Part shown: positions 36,102 to 49,800 of the stretch, piece by piece | How the letters are laid out: every line of letters starts with the position of its first letter | How positions within the stretch are numbered: the stretch's first letter is position 1 | Origin: Lama glama | Taxonomy: Eukaryota | Assembly: GCA_028534125.1 (NCBI GenBank) | Contig: CM052817.1 | Coordinates: 88,290,001 to 88,354,000 of the forward strand | Reading direction: 5' to 3' | DNA: 64,000 nt | The notes under the pieces: model-generated | The model's input: only the letters and a program-made list of their open reading frames with translations | Databases searched by the model: none | Told to the model about the DNA's origin: nothing | Position numbers and translations under genes: made by a program

Positions 36102-38742
36102 ATTTTTTTTTAATTGAAGTATAGTCAATTTACAATGTTCTGTCAGTTTCTGGTGTACAGCATAATGTTTCAGTCATACTTATACATACATATATTCATT
36201 TTTGTATTTTTCATTATAGGTTACTATAAGATATTGGGTAGAGTTCTCTGTGCTATACAGTATAAACTTGTTGTTTATCTATTTTATATATATTAGTTAG
36301 TATTTGCAAATCTCATAGTCCCTATTTATCTCTTCCCACCCCTTCCTCTTCTGGTAACCGTAAGTTTGTTTTCTATGTCTGTGAGTCTGTTTCTGTTTTG
36401 TAAATAAGTTCTTTTGTCTTTTTTTTTTTTTAAGGTTCCACATATAAGTGATATCATATGATATTTTTGTTTCTCTTTCTGGCTTACTTCACTTAGAATG
36501 ACAATCTCCAGGTCCATCCATGTTGCTGCAAATGGCATTAGTTTATTGTTTATTATGGCTGAATAGTATTCCATTGTATGAATATACCACAGCTTCTTTA
36601 TCCAGTCATCTGTGGATGGACATTTAGGTTGTTTCCATGTCTTGCCTGTGGTAAATAGTACTGCTGTGAACACTGGGGTGCAGGTATCTTTTTGAATTAA
36701 GGTTCCCTCTAGATACATGCCTAGAAGTGGAATTGCTGGATCATATGGTAAATCTATTTTTAGTCTTTTGAGGAATCTCCATACTGTTTTCCATAATGAC
36801 CACACCAAACTACATTCCCACCAACAATGTAGGAGGGTTCCCTTTTCTCCACACCTTCTCCAGCATTTATCATTAGTGGACTTTTGAATGATGGCCATTC
36901 TGACTGGTGTGAGGTGATAATTTCGTTGTAGTTTTGATCTGCATTTCTCTGATAATTAGTGATACTGAGCATTTTTTCAAATGCCTATTGGCTATTTGTA
37001 TGTCTGTATTGGAGAATTGTTTATTTAGGTCTTCTGCCCATTTTTGGATTGGGTGGTTTGCTTTTTTTCTTAAGTTGTATAAGCTGTTTATATATTCTGG
37101 AAATTAAGCCCTTGCCAGTCTCATCATTTGCAAATATTTTCTCCCATTCCATAGGTTGTCTTTTTGTTTTGTTTATGGTTTCCTCTGCTGTGCAAAATCT
37201 TATAAGTTTAATTAGGTCCCATTTGTTTATTTTTACTTCTATTTCTATTGCTTAGGTAGACTGCCCTAGAACATTGCTAAAATTTGTCAGATAATGTTAT
37301 GCCTATGTTTTCTTTTAAGAGGTTTATAGAATCTTGTCTTATGTTTAAGTCTTTAAGTCATTTTAAGTTTACTTTGTATATTGTGTAAATCAATTCTAGC
37401 TTCATTGATTTACATGCAGCTGTCCAGTTTCCCCAGCACTATTTGCTAAAGAGACAGTCTTTACTCTATGGTATGTTTTTGCCTCCTTTGTCAAAGATTA
37501 ATTGACCAAAAGTTTGTGGGCTTATTTCTGGGCTCTCTATTCTGTTCCATTGGTCCATATGTCTGTTTTTGTATCAATACCATGCTGTTTTGATTGCTGT
37601 AGCTCTGTAGTATTGTCTGAAGTCTGGGAGGGTTATTCCTCCAGCTTCATTCTTTTTCTTCAATAGTGCTTCAGCAGTTCTGGGTCTTTTCCAATTCCTT
37701 ATAACTTTTAAGATTATTTGTTCTATTTCTGTGAAAAATTTTCTGGGTAATTTCATAGGGATCATATTAAATCTGTAGGTTGTTTTGGGTAGATGGCCAT
37801 TTTTACAATATTCTTCCAATTGAAGACCATGGGATATCTTTCCATTTCTTTAAATCATCTTTTATTTCCTTAATCAGTGTTTTTTAGTTCTCTGTGTATA
37901 AGCCTTTTACTTTCTTGGTCAGATTTATTCCTAAGTACTTTTTTTTGGATGCAATTTTAAAAGGAATTGTTCATTTACTTTCCTTTTCTGATATTTCATT
38001 GTTAGTATAAAGAAATGCCACTGATTTCTGTATGTTAATCTTGTATCCTGCTACCTTGCCAAATTATTTTATCAGCTCTAGTAGTTTTTGTGTGGAGCCT
38101 TTAGGGGTTTCTGTATAATATCATGTCATCCACATATAGTGACAATTTTACCTGTTTTCTTCCAATTTGGATCCCTTTCATTTCTTTTTCTTGTCTAATT
38201 TTTATGGCTAGGACTTCCAATAGTATATTGAATAGAAATGTGAGAGTGGGAATCCTTGTCTTGTTCTAGATTTTAGTGGGAAGGCCTTCAAGTTTTCACT
38301 GTTGAGTATTGTGCTGGCTGTAGGTTTGTCGTAAAGAGCTTTTGTTATGTTGAGATCTGTTCCCTTTGTACCCATTTTGGTTAGAGTTTTTATCATAAAT
38401 GACTGTTGAATTTTATCAAGTACTTTTTCTGCATCTATTGAGATGATCATGTTGTTTTTGTCCTTTCTCTTGTTGATTTGCTGTATCACATTGATTTGCA
38501 TGTGTTGAACCATCCTTGTGTCCCTGGGATGAATCCAATTTGGTCATGGTATATAATCTTTTTTATGTGTTGTTGGATTCTGTTTGCTGGTATTTTGTTG
38601 AGGATTTTTCATCTATGTTCATCAGTGATATTGGCTTATAGTTTTCTTTTTTGGTAGTGGATTTGTCTGGCTTTGTTATCAGGGTGATTGTGGCTTTATA
38701 GATGAGTTTGGGAGTATTCTCTTCAATCTTTTGGAAGAGTTT
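36102..38742 (-). mobile_element. 5'-truncated L1 (ORF2 RT/C-terminus, 3' UTR, poly-A), disrupted
   Basis: ORF-track peptides are L1 ORF2: [80 protein letters not shown]. Poly-T at 36103-36111. Confidence 0.95.
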
Positions 38743-38939
38743 GCTTTTTATTACCATTTTCTTTTTATTACTGTATATCCTAACTATTGCCTTGCCATTC
38801 TGTTCTAAAAACTCCGAGCTACAAATGAAGATAGCTCAAATTTTAATCCATTTTTTAAAATGCCAGCTTCTCTAACTCTACTCAATGACTATTTTCATCA
38901 TCTTCACCAATTAGCAGCAGTACAGACTTCAGCAACAGC

Positions 38940-39135
38940 AATAACAACTAAGTATAAAAGCAAATGTTTACCCTGTAGTTACTATAGTCCAGCTACTATT
39001 CTAATACATATAATTTTTATATAATCTGAGTATATGCTATCATCATTTTAGAAATAAAGAAATTGATGCATGGAAAGTTAAGTTGTCCTAGATTACCTAA
39101 TCAATAAATTCAAAAACAGATTTAATATAATTCTG
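38940..39135 (-). mobile_element. MIR
   Basis: 'catcattttagaaataaagaaattgatgcatggaaagttaagttgtcc'. Confidence 0.6.
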
Positions 39136-39884
39136 GCTTTGAGTTCATCTAATTCAATATAATGGAATAAGACTATTAGTTGAGAGTGAAAAAACAAATA
39201 GAATATAAGATAGATAAAAAAATCATATTAATTTTAAATTAGAAAGAATGGTACCCAGAATATTAATAATGCATTTATCTATTTTTATACTTTGGTGGTA
39301 AATATGCCTATTTAATTATGAAATGAGAATTAAAATAATGGTTTTAAATTACGAAAATATTCCATCCACTTACAGATATCTAAACTGATTTCTTAAATGT
39401 CTCAGAATAGTTTTAAGAAAAACACTGAGATTGTAACAGAGTTGGTGCTAAAATTAATACTTTTTCAACTCCCACTTGCTTTTTTCTCTAGTATTCTATG
39501 CCTGATTTTAACATAGATGTTTGTAGATATTCTTGCTAATTTTTTCCCTGTTTATATCGAGGCACTTACTATGTACTGATTACCACACTATATGGTCAAT
39601 TTTGTCAATTCCTTTTCACAGTAACAGTAGAGCAAATCTTATCATCCCAATTATTAAGATAGAGAAACTGAATTACAATAAATATAAGTAACCTTCCCAT
39701 GGCCAACAGATTTAAAACTTCAAAGCCCTTGGTTTCAGTAGTGATGTTATATTGCCTCTTCTTAAATTATTTTATTAACAAGAGAATTGTAAGTAGGTCA
39801 TTGATGTCTTCTCAGTTGGTTTCCATTGGCTTCTGAGCTAATACTAAAAACATACCATTTTAAAAATGACTGATTTTCATTTAC

Positions 39885-40045
39885 CTTTTCAACTCTCTTT
39901 CTTCTGTCTCTCCCCCCTCCCTCTTCCCCTCTTCCTTTTCCTTGTTTTTCCCTCTTTTTTCTCATCTCTACTTCCTTTTCCTCACATTTCATTTCATCAT
40001 CTTACCCTCCTCCATCTTATTCCTTTCTTCCTCCTCTTCTTTCTT
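39885..40045. repeat. Pyrimidine-rich low-complexity tract
   Basis: C/T-rich run, read directly. Confidence 0.8.
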
Positions 40046-41004
40046 GAGAGGAGACTGAAATTCTGTCCATCTCTCTCTCAGAATCAGTAGCTGCAGAAGT
40101 TTCTGCATAATACATTTTCTAAACACCACTTACATATGGAAATACTGAGAATTTTAAAAGCATACCATGGAATGCAGCTGTGTCATTTATTAGGGGCAGA
40201 AAAATTAACATTTTGGTTCTCTTGTCTCACAAATGGGCAACGTGACAGCATATTTTCTATAGTAAACAAATATATTTTCTGTCCAGATATACTCCAGAGA
40301 AAATTTCTTTTATCAGCTTCCAACATGTACCTGAGAAGTTTCCAAATTAAGTATGTATGCCAATATGTTTGTTAGAAAATACATTAATTTTCTAAGAGAA
40401 AATTATTCCAATTTTAATTTGATTCAGAAGTATTAATTGAACAGCTAAAACATACAAAAGAACTATAACAGTTGGAATACATGATTTTATTCATCTTTTG
40501 ATCTTAAACACTCTATAGTATTTTAACCAAGGTGAATTTAAAAGCAATCTTTATTTCCTTACTAGCACAATATGTGAGTTTAAACTGAGTATTCAGCTTT
40601 GAAACCAAATACTGCTGTCCTCTCTCACGGTTTTGCTAAATTTTTATTTTTTTCTCAAAATGGAACTGCCGTTCTTTCTCCCCAGTTCATAAATACTTCC
40701 GTATAACAGATTTATAAATACAAAGTAGTTAGGATGAGAAAGAAAACATATTTATCCCAAGACGAATAAGAAGCACTGATTCCATGTTGTTCAGATTATG
40801 CATACATGTATGTTACATATCTGTCTATAAAATTTAGCCTTTAAAATATGTAATGTTTAAATCTTTGACACTTGTACTCATTTATAAAAGCACCATTTTA
40901 CTATTTAATAAAATTTTAAATTTCGCTTTATATTTCATCATGGCAACATTGAAATACAAATTTTTAGATACATTTAAACACCCAAAGCATAGAAATGTTT
41001 GTAG

Positions 41005-41320
41005 AAAGCGACAACCGTCGTACGTACGTGCTACATACATGGTTATGAAGGAGGGTCAACGTGGAAACTTACGTGTAGCGTTAGAGTGGCTTAACACAGT
41101 ATGCCAGGCAGAGAAATTTATTTGAAAGTAAAAATGAAAGTGTTAGACGTTTGCTTGAAGTTTTGGCGCCGGCTCATGTCCTGGTGGGCTCCAAATGAAG
41201 CCCCTTATTGTTTTTCTCTGATTCATCTTGGAGCTGACAGAGGTGCAAGTTGCGAGTCACAGCTTGCATATCACGCCTTAGGATGACAAAGCGCAATAAA
41301 AACAATTATTTCGAAACCCG
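41005..41320. promoter_or_regulatory. AT-rich but CpG-retaining element (candidate regulatory)
   Basis: About 16 CpG in about 320 bp. Palindrome CGTACGTACG (41019-41028) and E2F-like TTTTGGCGCC (41161-41170). Confidence 0.4.
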
Positions 41321-43239
41321 TATCTCATCCATTATTAAATCTATGAAAAGAGTTTTAATTTCCTGTGCAATTACATAGTGAAATGTCATACTCTGGATGA
41401 AAAAGATTAATTGCTTTTGATAAAATACTGTGTATTTTTGTTTGACTTTTTGGATACCCATTTAATGTAGAAATATCATTTCAATCTAATGTGCTTCATA
41501 GCACACAGAACTCTTGTAATTTTGCAGAGGAAATATTGTTTAATTATTTTCTTTTCTCATAAGAGTAAGAATAAAATATTAATTCTTCTTGGCTCAAAAA
41601 ACACAAGCCACACTTTATTTTTTAAATCACATTGGAGACTCTTACAAATGAGCTATAGGAAAATATGATTAATGTGTTTCACAAGAGGTTCATAAGATTA
41701 CCTCAAGGAACATTTATATGTCATGTGTAGACACAAATTACAATTTCAATCATTTGTATTTGTTTTCTACTTACCAATTATTATTAAGTAATCCATAACA
41801 ATGACCAGTCACTTTCTTCCTGTCACAAATGTGACATCAGTTTATTCTCTCATAAAGGCTCAACTAATGGCAAATAAATCTTCAGGAAAATAAACTGTCC
41901 AGTTACTGTGAGCTGTACTTTGCATAGTGACAGAACCAAGAGACCCCTCTGAGAGTGAAAATAGCGTATCAGAAATAGTGGACTAGAGGGCACTTACGAC
42001 ATTTTGACCTGTTGTATCTACTCCACTAAATGCTTGGCTGTGTTGGAATTTAATTATTCTCTTATGTTTCTAAAAATAGCTGGAATAGGCATTGGACAAG
42101 AAATGAATAATTTAACATTTTCACCTTTCCACAGAGAAAATATAAATATTTGGTAGTATTCAGTCTTCAAGTGTCTATTATATTCACTGATGTTAAATAG
42201 CAAATAATAAAAATATGAAATAATGCATAGAGACAACATTCAGAATAATTGTAATACAAGGAAGAGACCACACTGTATTTGCAGCAGTTTAAGATGATGG
42301 GCAGTCTGGGCCCTGGCAAAATGTGTTGTAGGTCAGGAGTGAGTTTGATTGGCACACATGCTTTGGAAAGCTTACACAGTACCTCATCTATCAAAAACTA
42401 ATATGGGAAATTGTAAGCCTTAAAATCAGTTCATTTATTTTTTTCCCAGAATTGTAAATCAACTAGAGTCATTTTATATCCCACATTTTCCTCTCTTTTG
42501 TTGCTGATTTATGAAAAAAAAAAAGCTGGAAAAAAGTAAATGGTAGAAGATTACCTTTTCAGAGGTGACAAGGAAAAAAGCGTTTCAGAGAAAGCATATT
42601 GAGTACCAGAAATAAAATGTCCATATTCACTTATAATTTTGAAATACCTGCTTGGGTAAAATGTGAAAACAAAATTTACTTTGCATATATCAGACATTAT
42701 TTGTCAGTAATAAAGTATTGGTCATCTCTCCATTGCTGCATTTAAGGAAATATCAATAAGCCTATTTCCACCCTGTAATGTGAATTGGAAAATTGAAGTT
42801 ACTCCATTTGATGTCTATGTAAATTTAACCCTTTAATTCATAGTGTAAATTGAAAAAATATAAACTTATCTAACTTTTAAGTGTCACATTCAAATTTTTA
42901 TATAATTTATAGATTCCTGGAATAAACATTATACATATATTAATTGATAGGCTACAGTTCCAATATCTGAGCTCATTGTAATACAAAACTGAAAAGGTTT
43001 TAATGGGAAATTATATGTGATGTTTTAAGGATAATATTTGAGCTGTGAGTGCAAAGACTGAGACATAAATATTTGTAGTTTCTTGTCTCTCTCCAAGACG
43101 TTCATACACAGACACATGCTATAATTACCCAATTTTATTTAAAAGACTCATAAATCAATAGTTTCTTAATTTTAAGCATGCACAGATAAATACAAAAAAT
43201 ACACAAAGGCCTATCACATAGTGGCCATTTAATTTTGTT

Positions 43240-44961
43240 TTTAGTTTTATATATATATTTCTTATTGTATTATTTTTTCAAACTTTTTTTATTATAGTCA
43301 TCTTAGAATGCTGTTGTCAAATTCCAGTGTAGAGCACAATTTTTCAGTTATAGGTGAACATACATATATTCATTGTCACATTTTTTTTTTTTTGCTGTGA
43401 GCTACCACAATATCTTGAATGTATTCCCCTGTGCTATACAGTATAATCTTGTTAATCTATTCACCATATGCCTGTCAGTATCTACAAATTTTGAACTCCT
43501 AGTCTTTGCCTTCCCACCCTCTTCTGCCTTGGCAACCACAAGTTTGTATTCTATGTCTGCAAGTCTGTTACTGTTTTGTATTTATGTTCTTTTTCTTTTT
43601 TAGATTCCACATATGAGCGATCTCATATGTATTTTTCTTAATCTTTCTGGCTTACTTCACTTAGAATGACATTCTCCAGGAATACCCATGTTGCTGCAAA
43701 TGGCATTATGTTGTTGGTTTTTATGGCTGAATAGTATTCCATTGTATAAATATACCACATCTTCTTTATCCAGTCATCTGTTGATGGATATTTAGACTGT
43801 TTCCATGTCTTGACTATTGTAAATAGTGCTGCTATGAACATTGGGGTGCAGGTGTCTTTTTGAAGTAGGGTTCCCTCTGGATATATGCCCAGGAGTGGGA
43901 TTCCTGGGTCATATGGTAAGTCTATTCCTAGTCTTTTGAGGAATCTCCATACTATTTTCCACAGTCACTGCACCAAACTGCATTCCCACCATCAGTGAAG
44001 GAGGGTTTCCTTTTCTCCACAGCCTCTCCAGCATTTGTCATTTGTGAACTTTTGAATGATGGCCATTCTGACTGGTGTGAGGTGATAATTTCATTGTAGT
44101 TTTGATTTGCATTTCTCTGATAATTAGTGATATTGAGCATTTTTTCATGTACCTATCGATCATTTGTATTTCTTCCTTGGAGAATTGCTTGCTTAGGTCT
44201 TTGGCCCATTTTTGAATTGGGTTGTTTGTTTTTTTCTTAGTAAGTCGTATGAGCTGCTTATATATTCTGGAGATCAAGCCTTTGTCGGTTTCATCATTTG
44301 CAAAATTTTTCTCCCATTCCGTAGATTGTTGTTTTGTTTAACTTATGGTTTCCTTTGCTGCACAGAAGCTTGTAAATTTAATTACGCCCCATTTGTTTAT
44401 TCTTGTTTTTATTTCTATTGCTTGGGTAGACTGCCCTAGGAGAACATTTTTGAGATGTACGTGAGATAATGTTTTGCCTATATTTTCCTCTAGGAGGTTT
44501 ATTGTATCTTATGTTTAAGTCTTTGATCAATTTTGAGTTTATTTTTGTGTATGATGTAAGGGAGTGTTCTAGCTACATTGATTTACATGCTGCTATCCAG
44601 TTTTCCCAACAGCGTTTGCTGAAGAGACTGTCTTTATTCCATTGTATATTCTTGCCTTCTTTATCGAAGATTAGTTGACCAAAAGTTTGTGGGTTCATTT
44701 CTGGGCTCTCTATTCTGTTCCATTGGTCCATATGTCTGTTTTTGTACCAATACCATGCTGTTTTGTTTACTGTAGCTCTATAGTATTGTCTGAAGTCTAG
44801 GAGAGTTATTCCTCCAGCCTCTCTTTTTCTTCAGTAATGTTTTGGCAATTCTAGGTCTTTTGTGGTTCCAAATAAATTTTATTATGACTTGTTTTAGTTC
44901 TGTGGAATATGTCCTTAGGAATTTGATAGGGATTACGTTAAATCTGTAGATTGCCTTGGGC
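43240..44961 (-). mobile_element. 5'-truncated L1 (ORF2 C-terminus and 3' UTR)
   Basis: Peptides [34 protein letters not shown] and [23 protein letters not shown]. Its 3' UTR differs from those of the neighbouring L1s. Confidence 0.93.
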
Positions 44962-45931
44962 TATTTTTTTTTTAAATTAAGGTATAGTCAGTTTACAATG
45001 TTGTGTCAATTTCTGGTGTAAAGCATAATACTTCAGTCATATATATACACATATATTTCTTTTCATATTTGTTTTCACCGTAGATGAAAACAACATATTG
45101 AATATAGTTCCCTGTGCTAATCAGAATGAACTTGTTGTTTATTTATAATATATATATATTAGTATCTGAAAATCTCAAACTCCCAATTTATCCTTTTTCA
45201 CCTCCTTCCTTTTCTAGTATCCATAAGTTTGTTTTCAATATCTGTGAGTCTGTTTCTGTTTTATAAATAAGTTCCTTTTTCTTTTGTTTTTTTAGATTCC
45301 ACATATAAGTGATATAATATGGTTTTTTTTTCTCTTTCTGACTTACTTCTCTTAGAATGACAATCTGCAGGTCCATCCATGTTGCTGCAAATAGCATTAT
45401 TATGTTTTTGTGGCTGAGCAGTATTCCGTTGTAAGAATAGACCACAGCTTCTTTATCCAGTCATCTGTGGATGGACATTTAGGTTGTTTCCATGTCTTGC
45501 CTATGGTAAATAGTACTGTTGTGAACATTGGGGTGCAGGTGTCTTTTTGAATTAAGGTTCCCTCTGGATATATGCCCAGGAATGGGATTGCTGGATCATA
45601 TGGTAAGTCTATTTTTAGTCTTTTGAGGAGTCTCCATACTGTTTTCCATAATGACTGCACCAAACTACATTCCCACCAACAGTGTAGAAGGGTTCCCCTT
45701 TCTCCACAGCCTCTCCAGCATTTATTATTTGTGGACTTTTTAATCATGGCCATTCTAACTAGTGTGAGGTGATACCTTGTTTGATCTGCATTTCTCTGAT
45801 AAGTAGTGATATTGAGCATTTTTTCATGCACCTATTGGCCATTTGTATGTCTGTATTGGAGAATTGTTTGTTTAGGTCTTCTGCTCATTTTTGGATTGGG
45901 TTGTTTGTTTTTTTATTAAGTTGTGTGAGCA
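44962..45931 (-). mobile_element. 5'-truncated L1 directly abutting the previous one
   Basis: Own poly-T (about 44964-44973) and 3' UTR. Peptide [27 protein letters not shown]. Confidence 0.93.
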
Positions 45932-46129
45932 CCATTTAATTTTATACCTATGACCAGCAATTTGCATATGCATATTAAAGAATGAAAGAGTTAAAGCATT
46001 GTGAGTATACCTGGTTATATCTACAGAAACTAATGCATCATTTTTTATTTAATAGGAAAACATTATACACAAATGTATCATTTTCCATTATAATTCAGTA
46101 TTCTTAAAGCCCTTTTATTAAATCAATTC

Positions 46130-47332
46130 TGAGCTCTTAAATTTAAGCTTCCTTAAATGTCTCTCTTCCTATCATTGAAATTGCTTTTTCTAAGGTCCGT
46201 GATAACCTCCATCTTGCCAAATCTAGTTAGTAATCTTCTTTCCTCATAATAATCCGTATATCAGCTTGATTTTCAACATCCATATCTTTTCTCTAACTTT
46301 ACTCCTTCTATAGGCAATCTGGTGATTTAAATATTTTTATAATGATGACTGAGTTTTCTATCATAGCTTTATCCATTCTTCTGAGCTTGTATTTTGTATC
46401 TGACTGCCTACTCAGCAACCCTACTTAGATATCTAAAACATCTAGAAGCCAACATGTAGAAAACAGAGCTCACAATCATAGCTGTACCAAATGCTGTCCC
46501 ACCCCAATGTTCTTTCCTTTTCTCAGTAACTCTCTCACAATCACTTATACAAGATATTGGGATATATTTTATTTCTCTGACACAATATATCACACCAGCT
46601 TCAACATTATCACATCTAGTCTAGTCACCAGTATCTGCCTGTAGTATCATGATGAACTCCTTATTGTTTCTTCTGTATCCTCCCTTACCTGTTTATATTT
46701 TTTTCTTCACAGAGTGGCTAAAGGTATATTTAAAAACAAAATTTGGAAAACAATATGCCCTTCCTTATGACATTCCAATGGATGCATGTTTATATTTAAA
46801 ATAAAATCTTGACCCCTTCCAGTGGTCCTCAAGGCATTGCATGATCAGATGCTGACGTCTTTCCACTTCATTCCCTACAATTGTCCCTCTTCCCCATTAA
46901 CTAGATAAAATCCACACAAAACTTTGTGGTGTCCTTTGCAAATTCCAAACTTTTTCTTCACTTAAGAGCTTTATGTTAGCTGTTTTCTTGGCCCTTAAAT
47001 TCTCTCTTTGAATCTTCCCAAGGATCATTCTTGACATTCCGTTCATTCCTTCATAACATTGTTGGCCTTGGCTCAAAGGCCATTTCCTCAGAAAACCCTG
47101 CTCTTAAAAAGCTTTTCAAAAACAGGTTTTCCCTCCAGTCTTTCTCTTTCCTAATATAACAGTTACCATCATTCCAAATTATCTTAGTTTCTGTTGTGTG
47201 TTCTTCCAGTTCTGGTGGCATGTGAGTCTATGAGGGAAAACCCATTTCTTCAACTACTATATTCCCAAGAACACACATAACCTATTTTAGTAGCTCAAAG
47301 AAAATTCATTGAATGAATGAGTGAATGAATGG
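46130..47332 (+). mobile_element. L2, long 3' fragment
   Basis: 'aaggtccgtgataacctccatcttgccaaatctag', 'tgactgcctactcagcaacc..gatatctaaaacatct', ending 'cattgaatgaatgagtgaatgaatg'. Confidence 0.8.
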
Positions 47333-47689
47333 CCTTTCTGCACAATGAGAAATTTAGTGATTTTTGTACAGTACTAAGAAGCTGTCTGCCATAGTAGCTA
47401 CTCCCGTCTCCACAATAAGGCCCATTATGATAATTTAACTGGAAAAAAACTTTCCCTCAATACGTACTTGTTCCAGGAAATGGTCAGTCATCAATATAGC
47501 TCCTTGCTACTTACCCTAAGTGGTAAATTATACAACCATCAACAATATCCTATAATGGTATATGGGGTATAATTACTTGAAAATTACCAAGTCAATTTTC
47601 ATAGAGAAATAAAATCAACATACTCCATTTGCATAAAAAGAGAAAAAAAATCAAGTAATCCTACGTATGATAGTGCAATTGTTGCCAAT

Positions 47690-48342
47690 AGATGTAATCG
47701 ATATCTAGGTTCCTGCCCTTTCCCAGAAAGAATTCATAAAAGAGATGCAGAGGTTAAGAAAGTAAGTGAGGGTTTATTAAGGCATAGATAGTACACTCTC
47801 AAGGGGAGAGTGGGCAGGCTTAGGTGAGCAGCAACCCTGGGTTTGTTTTTTTTTATTTTGCAAGTTGGTTACATAGAGTGTAAAAACGAATGGGTGGAAT
47901 AGTCACTGGCGGAGGGAAGGGTTTGGGTTTATTCCTTGATTTTTCATCCCAATTCCACCTTCCTGAGGTGAAGGAGGGACTTTTGTCCTTATTTAGTCTG
48001 GATCAGAAGTGTCATGGCATCGGTGCATGATGGATACTTCTAATCTGCAAGGCTAATTTTATTGTAATAAGGACATAATGAACAAAAGGTTACATTCGGG
48101 CACTGCAGACACCCTGCCTTTTCTCACCTTTCTTTGTTGGCCTCCAGGCCCTCATCACCCCAAAAGCTGTGACCACTTATGAGCCCAGAGGTTCCTGCTT
48201 TTCTTTGCCTAAGGACCTCTGGTGCTTAGTTGATGTATTATTTTCTGTATTTGGCCCCTGCCCCTCCTTTCTGCCCAATTCCTGCCATTTGATCTGTGGC
48301 CCCCTTTCTCTGCTCATATCTAGCTATCTGCCTGCTCTAACA
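47690..48342 (-). mobile_element. Solo LTR, ERV1-like
   Basis: Minus strand starts TGTTAGAGCAGGCAGATAGCTAGATATGAGC. AATAAA on the minus strand (tttatt, about 47773). 4-bp TSD CAAT at 47686-47689 and 48343-48346. Confidence 0.8.
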
Positions 48343-49539
48343 CAATGAGTTAATTGCTAAGGCAATCTGTCTGCTCTCAGCTTTGCTTCTGGGAAATTAT
48401 TTTTTCTAACACCAATTGTTTGATGGTTCTTGAAGAGGGTTTTCTTTAGCCTGTGAATTGCCTCAGATACTTGCAAATGTTGACCTTAATAAATTAGTTT
48501 AGTTGTCTGGCTGACAGTATATCTCCTGCAAGCTGAGCTGTGGTCGACTAGCATTTCTTTGAATTAGGAGCTCCAAATGTTTATTTTCATATCATGGCTC
48601 TTGAAAGTAGACCTTGCACTTGAAGGTTGTGGGTCTGGGCAGTGGGCTTCAGGATTTGGTAGTCCCTTTTATGCATCTACTGCCTAGGGGGAGAATAGTG
48701 TGGGCTATGGTGGTGTGGAACATCCTGCTGCCCCAAGCTGCTTCCCTGGGGGTTATCAACTTTGTCAGGGATGGCTTGGTGGTCTAGTTTCTTCTCTAGC
48801 TAGATCTCCTACCTCCCTGCCTCTCCTGGGCTAGGATTGTATTTGAGTGGAGAATGTGGCTTTTACAGACTATCAGGCTCCGTGATTATCTGATGACGAC
48901 TTTGAGGCGTGCTGTTCCCTTCCTTTCCTAGGAAGGCTGCACTTTTTGTATTGAGACTGGCAACATGTTTATAGGATGGCCACAAGAGGGAGCCAACAAA
49001 ATCCAACAGCCTGAAAATTTCTATCAATTCACCTTTAATTCCAGTCTCAATATGCTCATTGTCTAAATCCATAAATAGAAAATTAGTCCTCTTAACAAAA
49101 TGTTTCGCCACCTTAAAATACAGGCTTATGGGCTCCAAGCTAAGGATTGGATTATAATCCCTATATGTATTCCCACCTTGACTTAATGAATCTTACAGTT
49201 TCGGAATTTTGACTTACAGTACCTCCAATGCGTCATCATTTTTCTAATGATCATGATTCCTTTAGGTGTGAATGACCCAAACTCATGACTAACTTAAGCC
49301 AAAAAAAGTCAATTGTTCTTGCATCTTTAATTGGACAGCATGAAATTGCAAGGATTCTGCTCTCCCCCTTGTTTGTGGAAACACCTCTAATTCATTCTGT
49401 CTCTCATAACAGTTTTTGCAACGAATGTGTTGGCTTTGTTTTGAGGTAGCTTTTCTGCACCTGGTGACTAAGATTAGCAATTGTTCCATGCCAGACACTT
49501 TCATGCACAGAATAAGAAGACTGTGTTGACCCTTGGACT

Positions 49540-49800
49540 GTGTGAGGTGGCAGCACTCTGATAGGCACTGAGGATTAGGAAGTGACTAGAAAGACAAAAA
49601 TCCATGCCCAAAAGGAGCTTAATTCCAGGGAAATTATAAGTGAATATGTAGAATATGTAGCATCTCATGTGGTGATAAAATATTTGTGGGGGGTGGGGAT
49701 TCTCTACACAGAAGAGAATGTTCTTAAGGAGTATCAGGTGTATCTTATCTAGAGATGAGCTTAAATTCTAGCAAAGGAAAACAAACGACAATCAATAAAT
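49540..49800 (-). mobile_element. L2 fragment
   Basis: 'gcactctgataggcactgaggat..aagacaaaaatccatgccc..ggagcttaattccaggg'. Confidence 0.55.

Noticed and set aside
36326..36898. 190-aa ORF as a host gene
   Set aside because: It is the C-terminal fragment of L1 ORF2 within a truncated, frameshifted element.
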